Shown here: piece after piece, positions 1-13,086 of the stretch
Layout of the letters: each line of letters opens with the position of its first letter
Position numbering within the stretch: position 1 is the first letter of the stretch
From: Schmidtea nova
Taxonomy: Eukaryota
NCBI GenBank assembly: GCA_044892505.1
Contig: CM097882.1
Coordinates: forward strand, 140,182,001 to 140,246,000
Direction of reading: 5' to 3'
DNA length: 64,000 nt
Made by a program: the position numbers and the translations under genes
Notes under the pieces: generated by a model
Database searches by the model: none
Seen by the model: the letters and a program-made list of their open reading frames with translations, nothing else
Told to the model about the DNA's origin: nothing

Positions 1-109
1 TCATATATATGTGTATTTATTAATAAATGTTGATTAATTCTCAGTTGGTGTTTTTGAAAAAATATTTTATGTTTTTTAAAAAATTTTAAGTTTTTTATGT
101 TTTTGAATT

Positions 110-403
110 TTTGACCTTAAAAATTGACCTTAGCATGGCCTTGACCTCATGATGACCTTGACCATAAAGTGTCCTCAAAATTTGACCTTAAAGTGTCCTT
201 AAAGTAACCTAAAAATTTGACCTTAAAAAAAATTTTTATGACGTCATCGCATGTGTGTAAAAAAAAAAATTCGGGGGGGGGGGGGTTGCAAAAAAAAAAA
301 ATACCCCCCCCCGGGGCGGGGGGGGGGTCACTTGATTTTGATTGGATGCACACACGCGATGACGTCATATGTCTTTGTTCCCCCGTCCACACTTCCTCCT
401 ACT
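110..403. mobile_element. Polinton/Maverick-like terminal region (right end reads ...CCTCCTACT at 403)
   Basis: Read inward from 403 it gives AGTAGGAGGAAGTGTGGACGGGGGAAC (AG-type terminus). It contains an internal 19/20 inverted repeat (238-257 / 349-368) with TGACGTCA, long G and C tracts, and a TGACCT cluster at 110-225. A homologous copy is at 57927-57990. The family assignment is inference. Confidence 0.45.
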
Positions 404-473
404 AACTTGGATTTTAATTATATTTATTATTGGAGCTGCACTCGTTTATATTATTTATTCAACAAATATACAC

Positions 474-827
474 TCAATATTTTTTACTAGCTTCTATCTG
501 AAGTAATCGACGTTGTCTAACACGCTCCAAAACTTTTTGATCTTTAGTTATAGAAGCAGTTTCCATTTTATATATTTTACGTTTAAATAAATCTTCTTCA
601 TCCACTTTACCAATAGTTTCTCTCAAAACATCATTTTCTATACCTAGATCATAATTATCATCTCTAAGACAACAAAATACTTTTTCAAGAAGAATTTTAT
701 CAACAACTAGTTTTTCTCCAAGTTTTTCTTTTGCTTTTAAATTCATATTTTTATAATTTATTAATTCTTCTTTCATTTCGTTTCTAGTTTCACTATCTTT
801 TTTATAAAATTCAATTATTTCACCCAT
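474..827 (-). CDS. Hypothetical 117-aa intronless charged/helical protein, second gene of a compact pair
   Basis: Clean ATG-to-stop ORF in very AT-rich DNA, 11 bp downstream of the 839..1408 ORF on the same strand; no family recognised. Confidence 0.55.
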   Translation of the reverse strand: MGEIIEFYKKDSETRNEMKEELINYKNMNLKAKEKLGEKLVVDKILLEKVFCCLRDDNYDLGIENDVLRETIGKVDEEDLFKRKIYKMETASITKDQKVLERVRQRRLLQIEASKKY

Positions 828-838
828 TTTTTAAAAAT

Positions 839-1408
839 TTATTTCAACATTTTGTTCAATTCTTCATCAGTTACTTCTATTTGTACATTTCCGCCAGCAA
901 ATATATCCTTTTGTTGTTTTTTTCTTGTATTAATTTGTTGTGGTTTCTTTTTTATTTCTTGTTTTTCAGCGAAGCTGTACTCTTCTTCTTCTTCTTCATA
1001 AGCATATTCAGAATTTTCTATATTTTTATTATGATGATGATGTTTGTGCTCGTGTTTTGATCTATAATGTAAAATTAAACCATTTACAGATGCACATTGT
1101 TGATTACATTTTGGACATTTTGTTAATATTTTCTTTTTAATTTCAACTTCTTCTGTTGGAATATGTTTTGGATGTTTTTTTGCTGGAATAAAATATCTAT
1201 AAAAACTTGAACAATTTGTATCCATTCTATATCTTGTTAGGGTGCTTGGACTTATACCAATCATTTTACAAATTTGTCTTTCATTCAAATGTGGATTTAA
1301 AGATTTTTCACGTACAAATTCATTTAATTTTATTATTTCATTAGTTTTTTTAAATATATTTGGGTCAATGTTGGAATAATTGACTGCAAATTCAATAGTT
1401 CCTTCCAT
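839..1408 (-). CDS. 189-aa helix-turn-helix + C2H2 zinc-finger protein, probable Polinton/virus-like accessory regulator
   Basis: HTH-like ERQICKMIGISPSTLTRYRMD; exact C-x2-C-x12-H-x4-H finger CPKCNQQCASVNGLILHYRSKH; His and Glu tracts; intronless. Confidence 0.7.
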   Translation of the reverse strand: MEGTIEFAVNYSNIDPNIFKKTNEIIKLNEFVREKSLNPHLNERQICKMIGISPSTLTRYRMDTNCSSFYRYFIPAKKHPKHIPTEEVEIKKKILTKCPKCNQQCASVNGLILHYRSKHEHKHHHHNKNIENSEYAYEEEEEEYSFAEKQEIKKKPQQINTRKKQQKDIFAGGNVQIEVTDEELNKMLK

Positions 1409-1460
1409 TTTTAATTAGATAATTTAGAGATTGGGTTGAAGATACTCTTGAGGTTGCTTT

Positions 1461-1572
1461 TTCCATATCAAAACTATGCACCTATGTATCAAAAAAATAT
1501 GAACCTATGCACCTATTCAACTATGTATCAAAACTATGAACCTATACACCTATATACTATGTATCAAAACTA
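1461..1572. repeat. Degenerate short tandem repeats (AACTATG/ACCTAT/GTATCAAAA units)
   Basis: Repeated CAAAACTATG(C/A)ACCTAT and CTATGTATCAAAA blocks just upstream of the HTH-ZnF ORF. Confidence 0.7.
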
Positions 1573-1600
1573 TATTATTATATTTTTCATAATTCCATAG

Positions 1601-1775
1601 AGTAGTAGGTAAAAGGTAGATGTAAGTTGGCCTGAATATATTTTGATTCACTTGTCTTGAAATATATACTTAAGGTCATGAGCGCAGCGAATGACCTTCA
1701 AATATGTACTTTAAATCATGTGACCTTCAAATATGTACTTTAGTGGCGGCTTACATCTACCTTTTACCTACTACT
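1601..1775. mobile_element. 175-bp element with perfect 26-bp TIRs beginning AGTAGTAG (Polinton-type terminus)
   Basis: AGTAGTAGGTAAAAGGTAGATGTAAG at 1601-1626 and its exact reverse complement at 1750-1775; internal direct repeat TGACCTTCAAATATGTACTTT x2; no TSD found. Confidence 0.6.
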
Positions 1776-3340
1776 GAGATAAGGACGAAAATATAAAAAA
1801 TTGATTATTTAATATATTAACGTGCACAAAGTGACACCATATAAGACACCCATAATTTATTAAAATAAAAATTCAATATTTAGAAACTAAATAAAATAAA
1901 TTGTAAAACTAATTTTACTGAAAAAATAATTATTCATTTATTAAAATAAATAATTTAAATATTAAAAAATATACAAATTAAATTATAAATATTTCTAGAC
2001 GTGACATCAAAATAGTATAAATAAGCCTCTGAAAATCATTATTTTAACCAAATTTTCAACCTTCAAATTTTGGACGAACATTTTGTCAGTCACTTTATCA
2101 GCCAGCACCAATTTTAATTCATTCTTTTTTAGAAAGACATGATAATTATTCAACTTTTATTGGTAATTGACAATAAATATTTGAAGTAGAAGTTGTTTGG
2201 TTTTTGTTTCTCTGGCTCATTTGTTTTTCCCGGTCTTAAGTAATTTTAGGAGGAACTCCTTTAGCCGACCGCCTCTTCAGCCCACTCAATGCCCTAGAGA
2301 AATCGAGGTAAAGAACTGGATCGGGGTTTTTAACCATCGTCTTATTAAATTATATAGACCGATTAGGGTAAATGGGATTTATGGTATGTAAATGAGAATT
2401 GAACAAGATATAAGCAGGATGGTATTTATGATATTTTGGGGAACAAATAGGCGTAAATGTTAGATAGGATAAAGAGACTTTAGAGAAAGTAAAGAGTTGG
2501 CAAGTTAAGAGACTTTTTTAAAAGAGAAAGAAATTATGCGCCTTCGTCCTTCTATATTCATCAGGAACCCAAAAGAGAGAATACAATAAGAATCAGTTTT
2601 GACAACAAAGCTCTGCTGCTCGTTCGATTCTCGCATCACTGTCTTATATTACCGGAGTAAATATGGTACACGAGTAAGGAATATTTATCATTTTCATGAT
2701 GATGTGTGGGTTAGAGTAATAGCTAGCAAAAATAAATTTACAACCTAAACAACTTATACATTCATAACTTCTTGCCTGCTTAGATAAACACTAACAAATA
2801 CAATGCCGAAAAAAATAAATATGAGTAGATTATTAAAAAATTGAAAAACATAAATATGTAATAATATAAGACATTTTGAAATGAAATAAGTTTTTATTTT
2901 GTAAGTTTTGTATTTTGAAGTCATATTAACATGCTTCAGCTAGTTATAATTTTACTTTAACTGGATTTATCTAAATAATTTTATTATAAGGAAGTATGTA
3001 ATTATATTCGAAAGTTAATAAAAATGATGGTTTAAAATCAAACATTCGCATTATTTTTTAATTTAAATATTAAGGTTTATCAAACCTAAATTTCGTTTTG
3101 TAAATCAAATAGTAAGATAATTTTTTAATAAATATTTTCAATTAATTTTATATTAGAAACTCATTAAAATTAAATTTTTTTCAGAATAGTAAAAAAAAAA
3201 CTTTACATTTATAAAAAAAATAATATTGTTTAAATATTGCACCTTAGTAATATAACGACGAATTTTTGAAAAATTGTTAAAAATTTACTTAAATTAAATT
3301 AATTATAGTTAATATTTAATTTTTTTATTAAAAATTTATT

Positions 3341-3383
3341 ATGGATAAATTGCTTACTGATCGAAGAGTTATTGATTATAAAA
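3341..3383 (+). CDS. CNBD1: CNBD1-like exon 1 (MDKLLTDRRVIDYK)
   Basis: ATG at 3341, donor GTAAAT at 3384, 42-bp intron. Confidence 0.7.
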
Positions 3384-5494
3384 GTAAATTCGGATATTTT
3401 ACTGTTATTGCATAAAATTCAATAGTTAATCTTGCCAAGGAGAAGCCTCATTTAAATTATGATGCAATCAAATCGGCTTTGAATGTTAATGGATTATGTG
3501 CAAAGTTTGGAATTTATTTGTATTTTTTTAAATTTTCCTTTTTAACAGAGAAGATTCTCATTCCGAAGCGACTAATGAGTTTATTAAGATTATAAAGAAA
3601 GTAGACAAATCTCAAATAAAAATTACAAATTCAATTAATACAAGTAATTTTCAAATTTTTTGTCTGGTGCTAGCTAATGTCGTGTAAATGCCGCCCCTCT
3701 TTTGCCGGTGCTTTTATCACTAGTTCTAAAGGTGGTAGGAGGCAAACCAATTCCAGAGATGTAAAAGGACTTCCTCTGACTTACACATTAAATTTGCAGT
3801 CTTTCTTATTTCATTTGCAGCTTTGTTTATCAAATTTGGTGTTGCTTTATCTACCCGGAAAGCCTGCAAATCAAATCACGATGTAAAGCACCAGAGAAGG
3901 ACAATATTTTAAGGGAATAAGCCACAGCTGTTTAATGAGAAGAAAATTAGTAGAAAAGACAAAATTAGTAGAGAAATTATAGAGAAGAATTTAGGAAAAC
4001 GAGTTACTTAGTGATGTATTGAGTTGAAGGTATAAGCAGCGAATCCAAATATCAACCGAATAATAACAGAGGAAAAGCCTAACGAGTAAAATAACTAAGT
4101 CAAAGCTAGAGAACAACCAGATTGATTAACTGGATTGAATCCAAATCGATAGTGATTGATTGTTAAATATTCACGTGTCATGCGCTAGTGCGTATTAATG
4201 TCGTAATAAGCACTGTATAACAACCGGTGGTGATATTGAATTGGTCGTGTCATTGTAATCTGTGCAGCCATAATTACCAACATGAGTAAATTCGAGGCTC
4301 GTGGGATAGCATTTTATGTAGGTGTGAATGATACTTCCTAGACAAGTAAGAAACTCAAACCACCGCACACCAACAAAAGTATGGAGTATTCTAGAGGCAA
4401 AGAAATCGAATACCAAAGAATGACTAACTATAAAAGTTAGAACTCACAGCAGATGAATTAGAATTTAGATTAGCGAAATTAAAAATTAGAGAAAGAGAAG
4501 TTATATTATAGAGATTGGAGAAATTAAATTATAGAAGAGGAAAATGATAAAGAAACTTATTGAGTCAAATAGAGTTCCATTATTGGAAAACGTGGAATCA
4601 AAGAGAAATTTGAGAAGATTAAATTAAACGTAGCAAAACAAGAATTAATCGAGTAAGAAAGAAGCCAAAGCCTATCGAGTACATACCGAGTCAAGGCAAG
4701 AGAACAAATAGATCGATTTGACAATTGTTGAATCATAGTCAATAATGAGTGATCATTAAATTTGTTATTATACACTAGTGCTGTTCTTCATTTAATGTCG
4801 TAATAAGCACTGTATAGTAACCGGTCATTGTAATCAGTGTAGCCATTTATGATAATCAATAGAGGTTTATATTGCCTGAAAATTGTTATTCTGTGGGTCA
4901 ATTAAATCACGCTTGGAGTCAGAGAATTAATTGGTAAATTTATATTTCACCGACAACCCAATAAAACAACAATAAGATATTTCTCTGGCCTTGGTTGTTG
5001 TTCCATATAACTAAACCAGTCCAAAGGAAAATCTTATTATAGAGAGACCAAATTTGAATTTTTATAAAGAAATAAATTTTACTATTTGTTGGTGTCAAGT
5101 CTGAATTATTGTTATTATTATTATTTCTTTCGGGGACCTGGTGACCCCTCCCGTGTTGTGCTTGTGTCTTGTTGTATTTTGCTCGATCATTAGTTTGCTA
5201 TTGATTGTTATTATGATTATTATTATTAACATAATTCCTGTGGGAATTATTTTTATGAATTAAAATTAAATTTTAAAAATAAACAATTTAAAACTATGGA
5301 AAATATTAAACGAAAAAAAATAAACTGGAAATAACTGCGGAAAAAAGAAAGGAAATTGAAAACAGAAAATCTAACAAAACCAGAGACTATTAAAAAGAAA
5401 ATTTTTGTATTATATTAAATCAGTGAGTACTGGTTAATTCTTTCTATTATTTTTAAATAAAATTTGTTCAGACAAATAATTTGTTATTTATAGT

Positions 5495-5543
<49 letters not shown>

Positions 5544-8500
5544 CTTTTTTTAATCAATGTTTTCTACATTTTTTCTTTTTGGGAATTTTTTGAAGAGAGT
5601 TTATGACCATATTGATTTTGGATATACAGGATCAAGATCAAGAAACGCAAAAAATGTCAAAATCAAGATTGAAGATGGACATTTGTTAGGTGACAATCGT
5701 GTACAAAGAAATTCTATAGGCAAATCATAATAAGTTGAATAAAATTCTAAGTTAAAAGTTAACAACTTTAAAAAAAACATTTTTTTTTTCAATTATTCAA
5801 TACTAAAAAATGAAACTGCCAAAAGTGAAAAATTGACTAAGGGGGCTCCTTANNNNNNNNNNNNNNNNNNNNNNNNNNNNNNNNNNNNNNNNNNNNNNNN
5901 NNNNNNNNNNNNNNNNNNNNNNNNNNNNNNNNNNNNNNNNNNNNNNNNNNNNNNNNNNNNNNNNNNNNNNNNNNNNNNNNNNNNNNNNNNNNNNNNNNNN
6001 NNNNNGAAATAAATTTTACCTACACAACACGCACCCCAGCTGCCCCGACACTTCTTTTTGCAGATAACTCGACTGGGTTCTACCATCTTATTTATACATA
6101 TACATTGCACAATTATATAATATAATACTAACATAATACATTAAAATAATAATAAGAATACAATATAATCGTATACATTTCACAATAGTTGGATTTTGAT
6201 TTATTTTGGACAAAGAGACGAGTGAGGTCAATGTAAAATCAAATTCTACCAGAACAATTATTAGTAAAATTTCAACACAATAAATGCATGAAAGAAGTAA
6301 ATCAAGCTGGTCAAGCTATTGCTCTGTTTATAGAAAAACTGTAAAATTGTGAAAAAAGTACTACCTCCATCCTATGATAATAGTAGCAAGTGAATATTAA
6401 AGCGGGAATCATTGGTGAACGCAGCTGTAAGTTATAGTGTAGTACAGATTTATGATTCATTCAATCAAAATCAATGTTCCATGGCATCTGTCATTTGTTT
6501 TAGTTAACCTAGTACTGCGAATTAGAACTCTTTTTCATCTTTCATCTGCTTATCGAAATCAATTACTTTATTTTGGTTGAATATCAACCAATTGTAAAAC
6601 TAAGATGAAGAAAAGAGAATTTTCGAACAAAGATAGAGTTGCGATTGTCCAGTTCTTAATGAATCACAAGAAAAACAAAATGGTGCAGAAAGGTGCAATT
6701 ACGTTGGTTGCAAAAGAATTTAAGTGCAACAAAATGACTATATCGAGAATTTGGAAACGTGCTCCCGAAAATCATTGTCAAGTTGAGTCTTATGGTAATG
6801 CTTATTCTTTAAAAAAACAAAACTATGGACGTAAATTCAAAGATTATAAGGAACAGCTTGAAAAACTTAGAGATATTCCTCATAGCAGAAGAGGCACCTT
6901 GAAGATCAGCAGCCCCCGCCATACTAGATAATTCTGTCACTTCAACAAGATATGCTGGAAGTAATGAAGAACCTTGGTTCAATAATTTTAAGCTCACGCA
7001 TATAGGGAAAAGAAAGCTTTGCAGCCAAGGGTTCCTACCTACAAGTTTAAAATACAATGAGGAAATTATTGAAAACGCAGAAACTATCTGAAAACTCAAT
7101 ATAATACTCCTAATTAGGAGTAATATTTTTAATGTATTGTTTAATTATATCGACCTTTTTGATAATAAATGTTGCGTTCGATATTTATTTCCTTTGCTAC
7201 TGTTATTATGGTACAAATTAAATTCACCAACTGCTACTATTATCATGGAACGGAGGGAGTATCAATTTACCTCTTCAATTGTGATTTTTTGATTTTATCA
7301 GCGTATATCAACATTTAAATGTAAGATCGAAAACTCTGAGCTTTCAGAATTTTTTATTGAAAATAATAATAAATTATGAGATATTGAAAAAAGCTCCGAA
7401 GTCTCTATAACACTGTGTGCTTCACAATGTGATTTGAACGACTGGCTTTCCGCGCCGCTTAACAACGCCAGATAATAAAATTTTCTCAAACTGATAAACG
7501 CAAATGAAGAAGATACCAAGTATGCTATGCAAATAAAATAAAAAAGACAGCAAATTTAAGTCTTATGGAGTTCCTTCACCATGAAAAGAGAAATATTGAG
7601 AACTGAGTAAGATATTAAACTTATTTATGATAATAAAAAGTTTTGTAGTTTTAAGTCATTTAGTATTACTATTACTTAATACAGGCGTTGGCAACATTTT
7701 TTCGCTGCGTGGAAAAATCAACCAAAATGTGACTATTATTAAGGCGTTTCGGGCTGGTGAATATTTTCCTTTTAAAACAATTTTTTAGTAAATAATACGA
7801 TAAATTTTATTAAGAAAATATTAACAATATGCTTTTAATCTAAAAATATAAAAACAAACTTATAATTCTAGTTATTGTAAAAACAAGTTTTGGTTCTTTT
7901 TTTATAAATGCTCTATTCGTTATCAATGCCCCCTCCTGATGCTCAATTTAGTCATCTGATTTATACGTATCCACTTTAAGACGAAGAAAGACGTCTGAAT
8001 GTTCAGTAGTTCAGCTGCTCCTGTTTTTACTTGGGATTATAAATAAACGCACGAAATTTAAAAGAAAAAGAAAATTTGCAAAATTAATTAAAAATTAATT
8101 AAAATTTTAAAAAGGATAAAGATCAATATTTTTCAGGAGTAAAAGGTGACAATCGGTGGGAAATTGAAAGTTGAAAACAAATAAAATAGTTTTAAATTAA
8201 TTGTTGGTTCTTGGAAGTGGCTAGAATTAAAATACAAATAATTTTATTGATTTCATTAATCATCAAGGTAAGCTCATCAATCATTGTGGAGAAAGAGGCT
8301 AAGTGGCAGATCTGACAAGCCGGAAAATTGCTTGTCAGAGTGCCACTAAAAAACAAAATTTCAAAAGTCAAAATTAGTATAATGGGCCGGATTTGATGCT
8401 TCTCCACGGTGATTGATGAGAGTGTTATATAACCGAATTCATCTCAAATAAATTGGCAATTAGTCTGAAGAGAAAATTTTTTAAAAAATATTTCTTATTA

Positions 8501-11500
8501 AAGGATAAAAGATTTTAATAAAAATTAAGAAGAATCATCAGTGATTAAAAAGGAATACCGTCTCAATCAGATTTCAGGGATAACATCCTTCAAATGGTTT
8601 ACCTAGAGCAAAAGTGAAAGTTTATTGATGTTTTGGAAATTTGTTCTTAACCAATAAATACTTTATTTGTTTGGTTTTATTGATTTTCAAAGAACACAAG
8701 GAGTCAGAATAAAATTTACTCCTATCAAAACTATATTAGCCCAAAAATTTCATTTGTGAAAATATTTGCTCACATTTATAAGCATAACCGAATGCTGACA
8801 AAATGCAAAGATAATAACTTCGTAGAAAGTGATGTCCAACACAGTGATATCCCGAGAAGAGAGTTAGCTTCCGTTTTTTCTAAAGTTTTATGCAATGTCT
8901 TGAATTTACCCGCCAACAACCTTGAACTTCTAAATCAATCATTTCTAAACTTTAATTGTACATTTTAAGATATTCGAGATACTGGAAATCTAAAATATTT
9001 ATCTTAAATGTAAATATTTTGCCGGGCTCCTTAAAACTTTGAAATCTACTTTAAAATTCACTTCACAATGTTCAAAATTAAACTTTCGAACATATTTAGA
9101 TCGCGTTCATCGATAGTTTCTTTCTCATGTTGGCTTTTTAACAAGAAAAGAAAAAAAATATTTTAGTTTTTATGTCAGTTTCAAATAATATTAATTCTGA
9201 AAAAAAACTCATCCAATCCTCATATATTTTCAAAATTGTCTGACTGTTTCTTTGGAGCCTGACGTTGAAGCCATTATGATGGTTCATTAAGTTTGTTAAG
9301 AATTAAAATTTTAAAATCCATTGTCTATCAGTGAGTTCGAAATAATTTTCAATTTCGTTAAGAAATATGTTTATATCATCAAAGCACTCTACAAATTTAT
9401 TAAGAACTTTGCCTCTACTTAACCATCGTAAAAATATAAAATTTGTATTATTTGTTGGTCGCAGTATTTTAAAAATATAATAATACAACACAGATATAAT
9501 TCCTGATCTATTAGAGATGTAACCTAAATCATTGGTTCCAAGAACATTTTCCTAGCGCCCCCCCCCCAAACTGTAATCAGAATGAAGGACTGCGTGACCC
9601 AGTTATGAATATTAAAACGTATTTAAAAATAATAACCTGAATCACGCCTTTATTTAATCGAGTATTAGAATGATCTTTTAATGCATATTAAATTGAGCTC
9701 ACCGAAAAAAAGACTGATTCCATCAACCTTTAACTCATTCAGATTGCCCTTCCCATTTATCTTATGAATATATGTCGAACCAAATGATGAGCTAAGAGAA
9801 ACACGAGTAAACAGAATGATAAAAAAACTACATGAGTCACAACAAAATAGATCTGAAAAACATGAAAATAGTCTGTTTGTTGCTCCGAACACCCGAGTTG
9901 GACCTGGGATCGACTGACCTCCAGCGCTTCCTTAGTTAAACTTAAAGCCTCCAAAGGAGCTGTACCACCAACTTTTGGAACCACTGATCTAAATTGTGGC
10001 GGTACATCACGTGATCTTTCACAGGGTTACAACTACTATCGTTTTTATTTGATTTACCCTTTTCAAAGGTTGTTCAAAAAATTTGCGTAAATTGAAAACA
10101 TTTTGATCTTTGATCTGAAAAAAATGAAAATAACATAAATCCTATTATATTTCGATACATTCAGTCAAAAAATTCAAAATAAAAGAAACATGTACTTAGA
10201 AATTTTGTAACTATTTTTTTTTTAATGATTTATTTAAAATTAAATTAAATATTTTCTTTGTTTACTAAAGATTTTATGTATGTAGAACATCAGGAAGCCA
10301 AGAAAAAATCTCCAAATCCAAATCCGATCGAAAATCACGACGTGAAGCAGTACACAAAATTATATCACACCATAAAAGTTCAAGCAGATGAGAATAAACC
10401 TCTTAAAGAAAGGCTTAAAAAACTGAGAGAACTCTGTCAAAAATTGTAAGAAATTATTAAATTCACTATATAATTTCCCAGTATTTGTCTACTCGCAATA
10501 AAATAGTAGTCAATTATAAAGGTTTTGTAAAATATGATACGAATATTACTGCTTATTCTATAAAGTACTTATAAGACCAAATGTGAAGCGGATGAATGAT
10601 AAAATAGATGAACATTACATTTTTATATTTCGCTATAGGGATTCCGAGTTCACTGCAAAATTCTAACAAATCATAATTAATAACGGCTTAATATTTAATG
10701 ATCAGTAAAAAAGTTTAAATGGTCAGTAAACAAATGAATAAAAAAGCAGTAATTTTTACATAATTGATCAGTAAAATATTTTATTTGAACAGTGAATTTA
10801 AAATTATTTTCAGTAAAGTTGTTTAGTTAGCAATGCACGTTTTGCCTTTGCTGGTCTACCCCGGTTTCATAACCTGCATGATAATATAATTGCATTTTGC
10901 ACAACATTGAGGTCCATGACGTTTGACTTTATTACATCGAAATTATACTCTTTGTCCTTCATCAGTTTTGTTTGTGTAATATTTGACAATATCTTTTCCA
11001 ATGAATTTTCTGCTTCTTTCGCATTGTCAAATATTGCTACTTTTACTCAGTTCTTTTGACAACCGCTTTTTTATTGGTATTAGTTGCCGTTGTTAAGCTT
11101 TCATCTTCATCGCTAACATATATAAGTAATGTTGAATGGAAAAATTTTACTTATGTAATTTAATTACATGATAAATAATTCAATCTATTGATCAAGAATT
11201 CAATTTATTTTTAATTATTTTATTAAATTTATATATTTTTATAGAGCAATTTATTTACTGATAATTAAATTAAATTAATGATTTTTTAATAGTTTAGATT
11301 ACTGACCATTTAAACTTTTTTACTGATCACTTAAATCCATGCCATAAATACCTACAAAGTTAGCTCTATTTATTGAAGGTTTAGTGACATTCCCGGTCGA
11401 CTAATAATTGGCATTTTCTATTGAATATTTAAACTGACAAATCAAATTACGAGGCATATTACAGGATTGTTAGAATAATAATTTCCGATAAAACATTTTA

Positions 11501-13005
11501 CGCTTCTCTGATATGATTTTACCAATACATGTCGTATTAAGTTTATTTAAATATTTGTGAAAATTTCCATTTCGAAATGCAATTGTATGACATTTAAAAA
11601 TTTTATTTACGAACACAATAAATCTTAAATAAACTTTATTTGCTTTATATCCGTCAAATGAGGCAAATTTCAATGAAAAACAAATTTGTTGAGAATGAGT
11701 AAACAGAAATAAAATTAATAATAAATTAATCAAATTACAAGGTGGAAAAGCACAAAATATTACAGAAAACAATCAAGAAATTAATGAAAAACAGAAAATA
11801 AATAATTAATTTATGAAGTTTAAAAATTGAAAGTAAAACAAAAATTAATTATAGTGCAAATTAAACGAAAACAAAAACAGATTTACAAAAGAATTCCTTA
11901 TCTGGTAAATCTATCACAGATAAGAAAGGATAAGAATCTAAAGTTTAATTGATGTGATATGGCTAATGAACAACACCAATCATCAATAAGAATGTTGAGA
12001 GTGAATGCTATAAAAGAATGCTGAGAACCATACGGAACAAAAAAAATTAACAGACGTGAAAGTGGAAAAAAAGAAAATTGTTATTAAAAAAACAAGATGC
12101 TGGATTATTATTGAACATTGAAACGTTTGATTCTATTGTGAGTTAACAAAAGCAGATTCAGAAGTCAAAGTAACAAATCAGTTGATACGAGTACATCGAG
12201 AGAACCAAATCTGATGAGAGTAATCATTGAATTATATTTTAAAGTGCTATTCCTCATGTTGTGTTGCAAAAAGCACGAAACTATGATTTTTGAATCTTTT
12301 GTGTAACTGTATTCAGTGGATTCGAAATTTGATAATTTAATATATATTTAATATTATAACACCGAAAGTTTGTTATTATAGCAAAACACGCTTGGACTCG
12401 GATCAATAATTGATAACAATTACACCGTATTTCAATCAATAGTTTCACCTGTAATAATCAATAAGCTTATACTATATAAAAATACACGCCTACCTTATTC
12501 ATTGCTGTTCTACTCAATAGTCTCATTTATTATATCGTAGAAAAAGAGATAGAATAAGCACACACAAACACAAAACATAAAAACAGATGTAAACTTTCAA
12601 AAGCGTTCACCGTTTCATTCAGTAGTCTCACATAAAATTTTAATCATCAGAAAATGGTGGATAAAATTTCTATAAATGAATCTGATGAATCTACCTTGAG
12701 TCTTCATGAAAAGGATGAAATATCATCATATGTATTGTATTATAAGTTATAATAAATTTATATTTTAACAAAATCTCAGAAAATTTACTGGAAACGATTC
12801 AATTTTGTGAAGATAAAATAAAAAATCTAGATTTTAAAGTAAAAGCATTTCATATTTTTATACAAAAGAAATTACACTAATATTATTAATAAAATATAAT
12901 ATATAAATTTTGATTTATTTAAAATGTACAAAAACATACTTTAATATTTAAAATTTCAGACCTGGATTGCTTTTATATGTACTAAATAATCTAGATATGT
13001 TAAGA

Positions 13006-13086
<81 letters not shown>

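Noticed and set aside
147-490. Short ORFs over the G/C tracts
   Set aside because: Low-complexity Gly/Pro/Lys/Phe runs arising from homopolymers in a terminal repeat.
5600-5730. Extra CNBD1-like exon (RVYDHIDFGY...)
   Set aside because: Not needed for phase continuity between exons 3 and 4, and no recognisable homology.
12211-12235. CTGATGA...GAAA hammerhead candidate (also 12681-12710)
   Set aside because: No stem II or stem I pairing.
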